From the NCBI GenBank assembly GCA_964552775.1, contig CAZKIH010000001.1, forward strand, positions 195,287-259,286: DNA of 64,000 nucleotides. Reading direction: 5' to 3'. Position numbers and translations under genes: made by a program. The notes below the pieces were generated by a model. The model worked only from the letters and a program-made list of their open reading frames with translations, had not been told where the DNA came from and searched no databases. This DNA comes from an uncultured Ignavibacteria bacterium. Lineage in GTDB: Bacteria; Zixibacteria; MSB-5A5; CAIYYT01. Positions 30,836 through 39,995 of this stretch are shown here, one piece after another (position 1 is the stretch's first letter; every line of letters starts with the position of its first letter).

Positions 30836-31420
30836 ATGAACATCATTTTCGCATTCGTCGCTGTATTTGTATTCATGACTACGTCCATTTTCGCTGATAC
30901 CTGGGAAATCGACAAGGCCCACTCTAACGTTGGGTTTCAAGTAACGCATATGGTAATCAGCAAGGTCAAGGGCCAGTTCAATAGCTTCAGTGGGACATTC
31001 AATTTTGACGGCAAAGATTTCTCAACGGCTTCTGTGGACGTAGTGATTGACCCTAAGAGCATTGACACTGGGAATGAGCGTCGCGATGGTCATCTTAAGA
31101 GCCCCGACTTTTTCGCGGCCGATTCGCTTCCGGAAATGAGATTCAAATCGACAAAGATCACCTCCTTGGGAGAAAACAAGTTCCAGCTGATTGGCGACCT
31201 CACCATGCGCGGGGTAACCAAGCCAGTGACCATGACCGGTGAGTTTCGCGGAACGATCGCAGCCATGGGTGGAACGACGAAGGCCGGATTCTCAGCAAAC
31301 GGAAAAATCAATCGCCATGACTGGGGAGTGTCGTGGAGCAAGAGTCTCGACGCCGGCGGATTGGTCGTCAGCGATGATGTTGATATCTTGATAGAGGTTG
31401 AAGCAGACAAAAAGCCGTAA
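30836..31420 (+). CDS. YceI family periplasmic protein
   Basis: Signal peptide, then WEIDKAHSNVGFQVTHMVISKVKGQF..., typical of YceI-like domains. Confidence 0.85.
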   Translation: MNIIFAFVAVFVFMTTSIFADTWEIDKAHSNVGFQVTHMVISKVKGQFNSFSGTFNFDGKDFSTASVDVVIDPKSIDTGNERRDGHLKSPDFFAADSLPEMRFKSTKITSLGENKFQLIGDLTMRGVTKPVTMTGEFRGTIAAMGGTTKAGFSANGKINRHDWGVSWSKSLDAGGLVVSDDVDILIEVEADKKP

Positions 31421-31449
31421 TAGCGCATAGCGATGTCTATGGAAGCAGT

Positions 31450-31485
31450 AAGGCCGTTGGAACAAATCCATCGGCCTTTATTATT
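31450..31485 (+). terminator. hairpin plus T-rich tail between convergent yceI and dinB-family genes
   Basis: aaggccgttgga-acaaa-tccatcggcctt (12-bp stem, 1 mismatch) followed by tattatt. Confidence 0.4.
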
Positions 31486-31521
31486 GCTGATGCGTGCGGG
31501 AATGCGTTTAGGCGAAGTCCA

Positions 31522-32019
31522 CTACCAACCCTTAGCTTTGCGCAGCCCCATGATTTGGCCAACATGTTTCTCACCGTGATTGGCATAGATTTTCAAAATA
31601 TCGTCAAGTGTCATTACACCGTTTTCAGGGTGAAATGCGGTGCGACTCCAGGCGTTTTCCGGCAACGACTCGAGAAGGTTGCTCCAGCGCTCGTGGAGCC
31701 CGCTTATGATGTTCAGCGACGCCTGTACCGGATACTGGCTGGCCTCGCGCGTGCGTGCCCAATCGTCTTGCTCATAGGCTTTCAGCGTCGGATTCTCTTC
31801 CGTCAGAATCAGCTTCATGCGCACAAACGCGTTCATGTGCGAATCGGCCAGATGGTGGACTACCTGCAGAGGATTCCACTTCCCGGGGCCGTATGGCGTG
31901 TTTAGCTGATCTTCGTTGAGTCCCTTGACGGCATCCCGAATTTGCGCAGGCAACTGGCGTATCTTGTTGATCATTTGCTTTCTGTCCTGCGCACTGAGCA
32001 CTGTCTTCTCCATTCTCAC
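31522..32019 (-). CDS. DinB/YfiT-like metal-dependent hydrolase family protein
   Basis: 165 aa with the conserved His triad pattern (VHHLADSHMNAF...HGEKHVGQI) of the DinB_2 fold. Confidence 0.75.
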   Translation of the reverse strand: MRMEKTVLSAQDRKQMINKIRQLPAQIRDAVKGLNEDQLNTPYGPGKWNPLQVVHHLADSHMNAFVRMKLILTEENPTLKAYEQDDWARTREASQYPVQASLNIISGLHERWSNLLESLPENAWSRTAFHPENGVMTLDDILKIYANHGEKHVGQIMGLRKAKGW

Positions 32020-32354
32020 GGTCTCCTTGCTTTCTTCTTATTGGCAGCTGCGACGGCTTTTCGCATCCAGTCTCTCAACAACTCATCATCTTCAAGAACT
32101 CGTTCCGGCACCGAGTAGTATTTCATCGAATAGGAATCTTCTCCGAACGGGCGGAATGGTTGCATACCTTCTACTTCATAGTCGGGTCGATTCTTTTCGT
32201 TGACTTTAAAATATAGAGTGTCATTATCTATTAATCCAAAAAAAGTTGTCTCCAGATATAGCCCGACGCCGCCAAACATCTTGCGTGCGGTGACTGCGCC
32301 AATCCTGCCCAACCTTTCTAATACATACTCCAAATAACTGTTACCGACGGACAT
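32016..32354 (-). CDS. TfoX N-terminal domain protein
   Basis: 112 aa; LGRIGAVTARKMFGGVGLYLETTFFGLIDNDTLYFKV is the TfoX/Sxy N-domain signature. Confidence 0.75.
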   Translation of the reverse strand: MSVGNSYLEYVLERLGRIGAVTARKMFGGVGLYLETTFFGLIDNDTLYFKVNEKNRPDYEVEGMQPFRPFGEDSYSMKYYSVPERVLEDDELLRDWMRKAVAAANKKKARRP

Positions 32355-32524
32355 TTGTGCCTGCCCAAGAAAGTAAATCCACTCTTCTTACGTCACTACT
32401 TACCGTTCGTCAAATCACGGTGTCGTTCAAGTCGTGAGGGGCAATGTTGATCACCATTAGCAGAATTGGCTGAGATGCCAATTGATCCACCCGAAGCAAG
32501 GCACAAAAAAGTTAAGAAAAGTGC

Positions 32525-32565
32525 TTGACGCTCCGAAATAGTAATCGTATATTGACATGCGATTA
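32525..32565 (+). promoter_or_regulatory. sigma70-like promoter (TTGACG-17 nt-TATATT) overlapped by the 6-bp-arm inverted repeat TAATCG-N12-CGATTA, upstream of the Rrf2 regulator gene
   Basis: -35 at 32525..32530 and -10 at 32548..32553. The palindrome arms at 32542..32547 and 32560..32565 flank the -10. Confidence 0.4.
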
Positions 32566-32573
32566 GGATATAT

Positions 32574-32984
32574 ATGATATCGAAAACCGGAATACATGCG
32601 CTTGCGGCCGTAACTCGAATAGCAGCACTGCAGAACGGTGAGTTTGCAGGGGCTGCAGATATCGCGAAGGAGATTGGGGCTCCTCAGAATTACTTGGGCA
32701 AGCTCCTTAAAATACTTGCCGGTAACGGTTTACTTGTCTCGCAAAAGGGATTTAATGGTGGGTTCCGTCTTGCGCGGGCAGCCGACGAAATCTCATTGTT
32801 TGACGTTATTGAGCCAATCGACAAGGTCAGCCGATGGGGGAATTGCTTTATGAGTTCAGGAAGTTGTTCAGAGGTCGAGCCTTGTGCGGTACATGGGAAG
32901 TGGAAACAGATCAGAGAGGAATACCTCGGGTTTCTGCACGATACGAGTGTCGCAGACATAGTAAACAGAAAGGTAACTCTTTGA
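32574..32984 (+). CDS. nsrR: Rrf2 family transcriptional regulator, NsrR/IscR-like with Fe-S cluster cysteines
   Basis: N-terminal wHTH (ADIAKEIGAPQNYLGKLLKILAGNGLLVSQKGFNGGFRLA) and a three-Cys cluster-binding segment CFMSSGSCSEVEPC. Confidence 0.8.
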   Translation: MISKTGIHALAAVTRIAALQNGEFAGAADIAKEIGAPQNYLGKLLKILAGNGLLVSQKGFNGGFRLARAADEISLFDVIEPIDKVSRWGNCFMSSGSCSEVEPCAVHGKWKQIREEYLGFLHDTSVADIVNRKVTL

Positions 32985-33080
32985 TTCTTTTTGTTTTACA
33001 TATAATCAGATATTCGGATGTGATTTAGGGATTTTTAATAATCTGTACTGTCTGACTTTCAATTTCCCTGGGAGGGAGTT

Positions 33081-33719
33081 ATGAGGCCCACACAAGTCTT
33101 AAGTAGTGAACACCGGGTCATCGAGGTGGTTCTGGATTGCCTTGATCAACTATTGGTTCGCACGACCATGACTGACAAACTCGACAAGGATGCCGCTGAG
33201 CAGTTTGTCGATTTCATCAGAACGTTTGCGGACGGATGCCATCATGGCAAAGAAGAGAAGCACTTATTCGTCGCGCTTGAACAAAAGGGCGCATCGCGCG
33301 AAACCGGCCCGGTAGCGGTGATGCTTCACGAACATGAGCTTGGCCGCAGTTACGTACGGCAAATGGCAGAGAACATCGAAGGAGCATCCATTGGTGATAA
33401 AACGTCCCTGCATCTTTTCCAGGTAGCCGCGCATGGCTACGTCGACCTTCTAAGAGCACACATAATGAAGGAAGATCAGATACTCTTCCCCCTCGCCGAT
33501 CAGCTGTTTTCTGACAGCGACTATGCAGAAATGACAGCGCAGTTCGAGCATGTTGAATCGCATCATATGGGTGAAGGCACACATCAGAAATACCTGGATA
33601 TCGCGAGCGCTCTCGCGAGCAAGTTTGGTGTCAAGGCGGACGTCCTGAACGGCACTGGTTCGTGCGGTTGTGGGCATGGAATGAAGTCCGAAACGACGAT
33701 TGAAAGGCGTGCGGTTTAA
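33081..33719 (+). CDS. hemerythrin-like di-iron protein (RIC/NorA-type, nitrosative-stress associated)
   Basis: HHE cation-binding motifs (HHGKEEKHLF, MLHEHELGR, HIMKEDQILFP). Sits between the Rrf2 regulator and the NO reductase. Confidence 0.7.
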   Translation: MRPTQVLSSEHRVIEVVLDCLDQLLVRTTMTDKLDKDAAEQFVDFIRTFADGCHHGKEEKHLFVALEQKGASRETGPVAVMLHEHELGRSYVRQMAENIEGASIGDKTSLHLFQVAAHGYVDLLRAHIMKEDQILFPLADQLFSDSDYAEMTAQFEHVESHHMGEGTHQKYLDIASALASKFGVKADVLNGTGSCGCGHGMKSETTIERRAV

Positions 33720-33746
33720 TCAACTGCACGATGGAGGAGAGTTGAT

Positions 33747-36014
33747 ATGAGAAAACTGTGGATGGCCTTCTCGGTGGTGGTGCTTCTGTCGTTTGCAGTG
33801 CTGGGGTGGGCAGGATTCAAAATCTACCAGGAAAAACCGCCATTACCCGATCGCGTTGTCAGCAGCGACGGGACGGTGGTAATCGACAAAGGCGTTGTTA
33901 TGGAGGGGCAGAATGTCTGGCGAGCCATGGGTGGAATGGAGATCGGCTCGATCTGGGGGCATGGTAGTTATGTCGCCCCTGACTGGACAGCCGATTGGCT
34001 TCACAGAGAGGCGATCTTCATTCTCAATGACTGGTCGGCCAATGACTTCAACTCAAGTTTCGATAAGCTCAATGTCGAACAGCAGGCTTCTTTGCAGGCA
34101 CGACTCAAGAAGCTGATGCGCACGAATACCTACGATATTACGACCAACACGATTACTATCGACCTGGTGAGAGCACGAGCATTTGAGGCTAATGTTGCGC
34201 ACTATAGCGGCGTGTTTTCTGAGGGGAACAGTCAATATGCAATCCCGAAGGGTACGGTGACGGACCCTGCCAGACTGCGACAAATGTCGGCGTTCTTCTT
34301 CTGGACTTCGTGGGCGGCATCAACAAACCGGCCTGACGACGTTATGTCTTACACCAGCAACTGGCCTCATGAACCCCTGGTTGACAATGTTCCTACTAGT
34401 GATGCGATCATCTGGACGGGATTCAGCATCATCATGTTGTTGGCCGGAATCGGAATGATGGTGTGGTATCACGCATCACAGAAAAAGGAGCCAATCGCTG
34501 AGCGGCTTCCTGAACAAGATCCCCTCTTTTCGTTCAAGCCAACACCATCTCAGCTCGCGGTTGTGAAGTACTTCTGGGTAGTGGCGGCCCTGTTTCTTGT
34601 GCAAATGATCATGGGCGTCATATCGGCGCACTACGGTGTTGAGGGCGACGGATTCTATGGAATCCCACTTGCTAAGTGGTTGCCATACGTTATCACGCGT
34701 ACGTGGCACACACAACTGGGAATCTTCTGGATTGCCACAGCCTGGTTGGCTGCTGGGTTGTATATCGGACCCGCGGTGGCTGGCAAAGAACCTAAATACC
34801 AAAGGCTCGGTGTGAACATTTTGTTCGGAGCCCTGATTGTCGTTGTTGCCGGATCAATGGCCGGCGAGTGGTTTGGGGTTATGGGTAAAATGACCGGCGA
34901 CAATTGGTTCTATTTGGGACATCAGGGGTATGAGTACGTTGACCTTGGCCGAATCTGGCAAATCGGATTATTGATCGGCCTCTTTCTTTGGGTTTGGCTG
35001 GTCGGTCGCTGCATTGTCGAAGCGATGCGCAAGGGTGGCGACCAGAAACCGCTGATGACCATGTTCCTCATAGCCTCTGTGGCAATCGGAGCATTTTATG
35101 CGGCAGGACTGATGTGGGGCAAGACTACGCATCTTTCAATGGCAGAATATTGGCGCTGGTGGGTGATTCACCTCTGGGTCGAGGGCTTCTTTGAGGTCTT
35201 CGCAACCGTGGTAATTGCCTTCTTGTTTGCAAGGCTGCAGCTTATTCGACTGAAAACTGCCAACTCGAGTGTAATCTTTGCCACAACGATATTCCTAACC
35301 GGCGGCATTATCGGTACTTTGCATCACCTGTATTTCTCCGGAACACCTACGGTTGTGATGGCTCTGGGTGCGATATTTAGCGCACTGGAGGTCGTGCCGT
35401 TGACGATAATCGGGTTTGAAGCGTGGGATAATATTCGCCTTGCTCGAGCAACGCCTTGGGTGATGCGATATCGATGGCCGATCTACTTCTTTGTTGCCGT
35501 CGCGTTTTGGAATATGGTGGGGGCCGGCCTATTTGGATTTATGATCAATCCGCCAATCGCCTTGTATTATATGCAGGGACTGAACACGACACCGGTTCAC
35601 GGACACACCGCGTTATTTGGTGTCTATGGTATGCTGGGAATCGGGCTGATGCTCTTTTGTCTTCGAGTCCTTTATGTCCGCCGCGACTGGAAGGATAACG
35701 TCCTGAAGTTTGGCTTCTGGACAATCAACATTGGCCTCTTGGCGATGGTATTGCTTAGTCTGCTGCCCATCGGCTTCATGCAGACTTGGGCATCTGTTGA
35801 AACCGGGTACTGGTTTGCCCGATCAGCGGAGTTCCTGTATTCCCCGACAATTGAAGTACTTAAGTGGATGCGTGCCCCCGGGGATACGATTTTTGCCCTG
35901 GGAATCCTAACAATAGTGCTCTTCATATTTGGTCTAACAACGGGCCATTCTTTGAAGAAGGAGACTTTGGCAAAATCGACTTCGTCCCCTCACAAGTCGG
36001 AACCTCTGAAATGA
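33747..36014 (+). CDS. norZ: quinol-dependent nitric oxide reductase (qNOR, NorZ/NorB large form)
   Basis: 755 aa. An N-terminal hydrophilic extension with one TM is followed by a 12-TM heme-copper-oxidase subunit-I-like core with conserved His ligands (HLYFSGTP, WVIHLWVEGFFE, HGHTALFGVYG). Confidence 0.9.
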   Translation: MRKLWMAFSVVVLLSFAVLGWAGFKIYQEKPPLPDRVVSSDGTVVIDKGVVMEGQNVWRAMGGMEIGSIWGHGSYVAPDWTADWLHREAIFILNDWSANDFNSSFDKLNVEQQASLQARLKKLMRTNTYDITTNTITIDLVRARAFEANVAHYSGVFSEGNSQYAIPKGTVTDPARLRQMSAFFFWTSWAASTNRPDDVMSYTSNWPHEPLVDNVPTSDAIIWTGFSIIMLLAGIGMMVWYHASQKKEPIAERLPEQDPLFSFKPTPSQLAVVKYFWVVAALFLVQMIMGVISAHYGVEGDGFYGIPLAKWLPYVITRTWHTQLGIFWIATAWLAAGLYIGPAVAGKEPKYQRLGVNILFGALIVVVAGSMAGEWFGVMGKMTGDNWFYLGHQGYEYVDLGRIWQIGLLIGLFLWVWLVGRCIVEAMRKGGDQKPLMTMFLIASVAIGAFYAAGLMWGKTTHLSMAEYWRWWVIHLWVEGFFEVFATVVIAFLFARLQLIRLKTANSSVIFATTIFLTGGIIGTLHHLYFSGTPTVVMALGAIFSALEVVPLTIIGFEAWDNIRLARATPWVMRYRWPIYFFVAVAFWNMVGAGLFGFMINPPIALYYMQGLNTTPVHGHTALFGVYGMLGIGLMLFCLRVLYVRRDWKDNVLKFGFWTINIGLLAMVLLSLLPIGFMQTWASVETGYWFARSAEFLYSPTIEVLKWMRAPGDTIFALGILTIVLFIFGLTTGHSLKKETLAKSTSSPHKSEPLK

Positions 36015-36042
36015 TCGGCAAGAGGGCGATTTACTGATTGAC

Positions 36043-36080
36043 GAAGGCGGCAGGCTGCAACGGCCTGCCGCCTTCATTTT
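36043..36080 (+). terminator. rho-independent terminator after norZ
   Basis: gaaggcggcaggc-tgcaacg-gcctgccgccttc 13-bp stem followed by atttt. Confidence 0.6.
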
Positions 36081-36309
36081 GGAGCTAAGGCAGGAGTCCA
36101 ATATTCCCCGCCAACCCTTAATTTAGCCTTGACGTATATTGAACAGAGCTTATCTTAATAGCTGTAGACAACAGCCAAACATTCGATCCGAGCTACTGTA
36201 TTGATGACACGGTCCTTTCCGCTAACAGCGGGAGGCTCAAGTTTTCTTGAGCCGAATCGAAACTAATAATAGCGGACGCTGTTTGACTGTAGTGAGAGGA
36301 GGAAAGGCT

Positions 36310-36828
36310 ATGATAGCGAAGACTACCGGCGCAATAGCCTTCTGGGTAATCGCAGTATTGTTGGCCGTGGCATTACTCGCAGTGCCAACTTGGGCGGGGC
36401 AGAATGACAAGGATGACCTCTATGCTACCGGCATCTCCGGCGGTAAGACGAAGCCGATCCTTGACATCGAGAACCGAATCTCGCCGCCGACAAATGACCG
36501 GCCAATCAAAAAGGCGGAACCCACTCGCCGAGTAACGACTTCCGACACAGCCAAGACCATTGAGGACGCTTCACGCTACCAGCTCTACATCGAGCCGGTC
36601 TATCCGCGTCAAGCACGCTTGGTGAACAAAGAAGCTGTGGTAGAAGTGAACATCACCTTCGACAAGAAGGGAAAGATGAAGGATGCGCGCGTCGTAAACT
36701 GCACGACCCCAGGTTGGGGATTCGAGCAGGCAGTTTTGGCAGCATCGCTGGAATCGAAACTTTCAGGACACGGTGAGCGAGAAATCACGGTCAAGGCTAC
36801 GTTGAAGTTCAAACTTCAGAATAGGTAG
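36310..36828 (+). CDS. small secreted protein with TonB C-terminal-like domain
   Basis: ATG at 36310 with a GAGGAGGAAAGG RBS and a signal/TM segment. The C-terminal YQLYIEPVYPRQARLVNKEAVVEVNITFDKKGKMKDARVV resembles the TonB_C fold motif. Confidence 0.5.
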   Translation: MIAKTTGAIAFWVIAVLLAVALLAVPTWAGQNDKDDLYATGISGGKTKPILDIENRISPPTNDRPIKKAEPTRRVTTSDTAKTIEDASRYQLYIEPVYPRQARLVNKEAVVEVNITFDKKGKMKDARVVNCTTPGWGFEQAVLAASLESKLSGHGEREITVKATLKFKLQNR

Positions 36829-36850
36829 CCCATCCACATTTTGAGTTTGT

Positions 36851-36916
36851 AGCCCGATCCTGTTAAGGCAGTTGAGTGGAAACACCAAGTGCTAATAGGG
36901 ATCGGGCTATTTTTAT
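36851..36916 (+). terminator. long-loop hairpin plus T-run between convergent genes
   Basis: agcccgatcc ... ggatcgggct perfect 10-bp arms (38-nt loop) followed by atttttat. Confidence 0.35.
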
Positions 36917-37036
36917 GCGGAGTCCCCAACGACATTACCAGCAGTGGCGAGAGTCTCATTCCAGATAATCCGAGACACAAATGAAAAGTGGGCCACGCTC
37001 ACGCGCGACCCACTCTGAACCAAATCCAATTGCCGA

Positions 37037-39679
37037 TTACTTGCAGGCGGCACAGGGCGCTGGCCCACCCGAAAATATGTAGTTGATCAAATAGACGACG
37101 TCGGAAATTGAAGTGCCTCCGCTGCAGTTGGCGTCGCCATGAAGCAAGGTCTCAGGTGCTGGCCCACCGGAGAAGATGTATGTAACCAGAAACACGGCGT
37201 CTGAGATTGAGATGGCGTTGCTGCCGTTCGCATCACCACACTGAATGACTCGAATTGAGAAAGCTTTGTCATTTGTCGACGGAGCTTGATCCTGAACGCG
37301 AGCGGTAAACGTGATTTGCCCGGCCGATATCGGTGTTCCGGAAACGAGTCCGGCGCTGGACATTGTCAGGCCAGTGCCAGACAAATCATCACCCAGGTCA
37401 AACCAGGTCTTGGTGCCCGTACCGCCTTCGCAGGTCAGTTGTTCAGAATAGATCTTGCTGACCTGGCCATTCGGCAACGAACTCGTTGTGATAACCAACG
37501 GCGTCGACTGCGGCGGGAAAACAATGAAGTCAATCCACGCCTTGTCGCTTCCGCCAATTTGCGATCCGTCTTTCTCGTACTTCCACATAAAAGTCCGTGA
37601 ACCAGGCGATACCGCATAGCTGGCTTGCGCCCAGCCAGCACTCCCGGACCAAGAACCCTTCTCCACGCCATCGATGTAGAATCTGAGCCAATCCCAATTC
37701 GTTTCTGACGAAACTTTGTAATAGAACGAGATATTTCCAGCTGTAGTCACTTGTTGAGTAAGCGAAAGGGTGGAGGACTGACTGTTACCGATGGTTCCTG
37801 AGGCGGCGGAGTATCCGCCTTCGTACTGACCGCTGTTCACTACAATCCAGGGAGCATTGCCACCCACTATCCAATTGTAGGCAGTAAAGTTTCCGGTCTC
37901 AAAATCTTCGACCGACTGTCCGATCGTCAGCGAGAAGAAGGCCGAATCGACATAGCCACCATTCGCTGTGATGTTCACACGGAAATTGACCACGTGATTC
38001 TGCGGGCATGAAGGCGAAACCGAGAACGAGTAATTGGAAATCGATTGGGCTGTTCCACCCAATTCGGGAATAAGCGGGTAGGCTGAAGTATTCTGGGTGA
38101 TTGTAACATAGGAGTCGGCAGTCGCAAGGACACCCTGCGTGTTGACCGCGTCACCACCACCTTCGTTCTTCAGGGTAATGCGCATTGAGACATTATCACC
38201 AGCACTGATGGCAGCCGGTGCGGTATCGTCTACATACGTGAGAACCGGGATCTGTGGAACTGGCTGAAGTTGAACGTCAACAGTGACCACGCCGTTATTG
38301 GTGACCACAATGTTGCTGACCGTTTGGGAAACGTACCCGGGAGCGCTAAACCGAAGCGACCAGGTTCCGGCAGCGATCATGCGATGATAGTTACCGTTTG
38401 TCGGATCACAACGCACTTCCGTAGAGTCCTGATCGTGTCCGATTATCGAGACAATTGCACCAAGTGGACCGGAGGTCTGCGCATCAGTGACGATTCCCTT
38501 GATGCCATACATCGCCTGTTCGAGGAAGTGCAAAAGTGACAGTCGATTATACGTCCAGTGCGCCGGCAACAACGAGGCACTCAGCAGTTTCGTGTCAGAA
38601 ATCTCAATGGTAACCTCGCGGCAACCGTACCAGTAGTTCATATAATCCTGGCGTCCACCGTCGACCTCGTACCATGCATAACCATTGGTAATACCGTCAT
38701 TGAACTCGTTGAAGTACGTACTTGGAGAATTCGCCTGAGCGGTATCGCAGTACTGATGCCCGATGTATTGCCACCAACTATCGTCAGGGTGAAGTTGCGC
38801 CTTGGTGTCCCAGGGATAGTTGAATACTTCGGTTCCACCGTGGAAGTTGGCAGAAATAACAAGATTGCGAGTCTGGGACCATGCCATAAATGCACTAGTC
38901 TCCATCTGGTAGGCCTCGCCATCGGGATGAGGACCATCCATGAAGTCGGGATAGTTGCGGTTCAGGTCCACTCCGTTGGCATTGTAGCGCGTGGCCCCTG
39001 ACACGGACGCGTTACCACCATGATAAGTGCCGTCCGGGTTGGCCAAGGGGTTGATGAATATTTCCATGTTGTTGACCATCGTCTGTATGCGAACGTTCCC
39101 TGCGGTGTATCCTACCAACAAGGAGTCAATCAGGCGCAGCATCAACACATACCCGGTGGTCTCGTCGCCGTGCATCGAAGATGTATAGAACACCTCCGGC
39201 TCGGCCTCTTCCGTGGCGACATTGTCGGAGATCTTTACTGCCAGCAACAGTCTTCCCTGCCCTGTCGTACCGATCGCAACGAGTTGGCAGAGTGACGGAT
39301 AGTTGGTGACAAAGGCGTTCATCATCTGTTCATATGCCGTGTAAGTCGGATATGCATCCCACGCCATCGCATCCTTTGCGTTGTCTGTCATTGCGACATA
39401 ACCAACATCACCGGGATTGGGAAGTAACTCGTACTTGTAGCCCAATGTGCGGAAGTGTTCGAACTGGCGGTCATTGGCATAGGCATAGACCAACTTACCG
39501 TCAAATTTCGAACATTCGTCTATGGATATAAGCTTGGTGAGGGTTGACAGCTCTTTGCGATCCTGAATTTCAAAACGAAAGTAATACTGATTGACGTCCG
39601 CAGCCATTAAGCTGGAGACAAACAGCAACACGTAGAGCGTGCTGAGTCTTAACGCTTTAACCATGGATTCTCCCATCAT
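37037..39679 (-). CDS. secreted M14 zinc carboxypeptidase with C-terminal dockerin-like pair
   Basis: Signal peptide, then the M14 Zn-binding motifs FYTSSMHGDETTG and ANFHGG. Downstream are a propeptide-like N-domain and beta-sandwich/Ig-like domains. The C-terminus is CGDANGSNAISISDAVFLVTYIFSGGPAP...GDANCSGGTSISDVVYLINYIFSGGPAPCAACK. Confidence 0.85.
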   Translation of the reverse strand: MMGESMVKALRLSTLYVLLFVSSLMAADVNQYYFRFEIQDRKELSTLTKLISIDECSKFDGKLVYAYANDRQFEHFRTLGYKYELLPNPGDVGYVAMTDNAKDAMAWDAYPTYTAYEQMMNAFVTNYPSLCQLVAIGTTGQGRLLLAVKISDNVATEEAEPEVFYTSSMHGDETTGYVLMLRLIDSLLVGYTAGNVRIQTMVNNMEIFINPLANPDGTYHGGNASVSGATRYNANGVDLNRNYPDFMDGPHPDGEAYQMETSAFMAWSQTRNLVISANFHGGTEVFNYPWDTKAQLHPDDSWWQYIGHQYCDTAQANSPSTYFNEFNDGITNGYAWYEVDGGRQDYMNYWYGCREVTIEISDTKLLSASLLPAHWTYNRLSLLHFLEQAMYGIKGIVTDAQTSGPLGAIVSIIGHDQDSTEVRCDPTNGNYHRMIAAGTWSLRFSAPGYVSQTVSNIVVTNNGVVTVDVQLQPVPQIPVLTYVDDTAPAAISAGDNVSMRITLKNEGGGDAVNTQGVLATADSYVTITQNTSAYPLIPELGGTAQSISNYSFSVSPSCPQNHVVNFRVNITANGGYVDSAFFSLTIGQSVEDFETGNFTAYNWIVGGNAPWIVVNSGQYEGGYSAASGTIGNSQSSTLSLTQQVTTAGNISFYYKVSSETNWDWLRFYIDGVEKGSWSGSAGWAQASYAVSPGSRTFMWKYEKDGSQIGGSDKAWIDFIVFPPQSTPLVITTSSLPNGQVSKIYSEQLTCEGGTGTKTWFDLGDDLSGTGLTMSSAGLVSGTPISAGQITFTARVQDQAPSTNDKAFSIRVIQCGDANGSNAISISDAVFLVTYIFSGGPAPETLLHGDANCSGGTSISDVVYLINYIFSGGPAPCAACK

Positions 39680-39848
39680 CGGTGCAACGTGGTCCCAAAC
39701 TTGCGAAGACGCAAAGTGGTGGTACTGGCTCGAATGTTAAAATAGCCAAATTCAACGATTTAGCAAGCAAAAAAGCCTTTGTATCGGCATTGCGAGCCAT
39801 CCGACATTCCGATTAGTGCAAGTTGCGCAAGTGCTTCGCCGTCGGCTG

Positions 39849-39897
39849 CGAAGGTTGCGAAAAATTTCACGAACCCTTCAGATTTTCGCAACCTTCG
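39849..39897. promoter_or_regulatory. perfect 15-bp inverted repeat (cgaaggttgcgaaaa N19 ttttcgcaaccttcg) in the divergent intergenic region between the M14 peptidase and the efflux operon
   Basis: The arms at 39849..39863 and 39883..39897 are exact reverse complements. A related direct half-site gcaagttgcgcaa lies about 25 nt upstream. Confidence 0.4.
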
Positions 39898-39995
39898 ACC
39901 TGTATGTCAGTTTATATTAGGACATTAGTGCCCTCGTGCGTATTTAAGAAAGTGATTGACGGCGGGCTCTTCATCACTAAAATGATAGGCTAATT

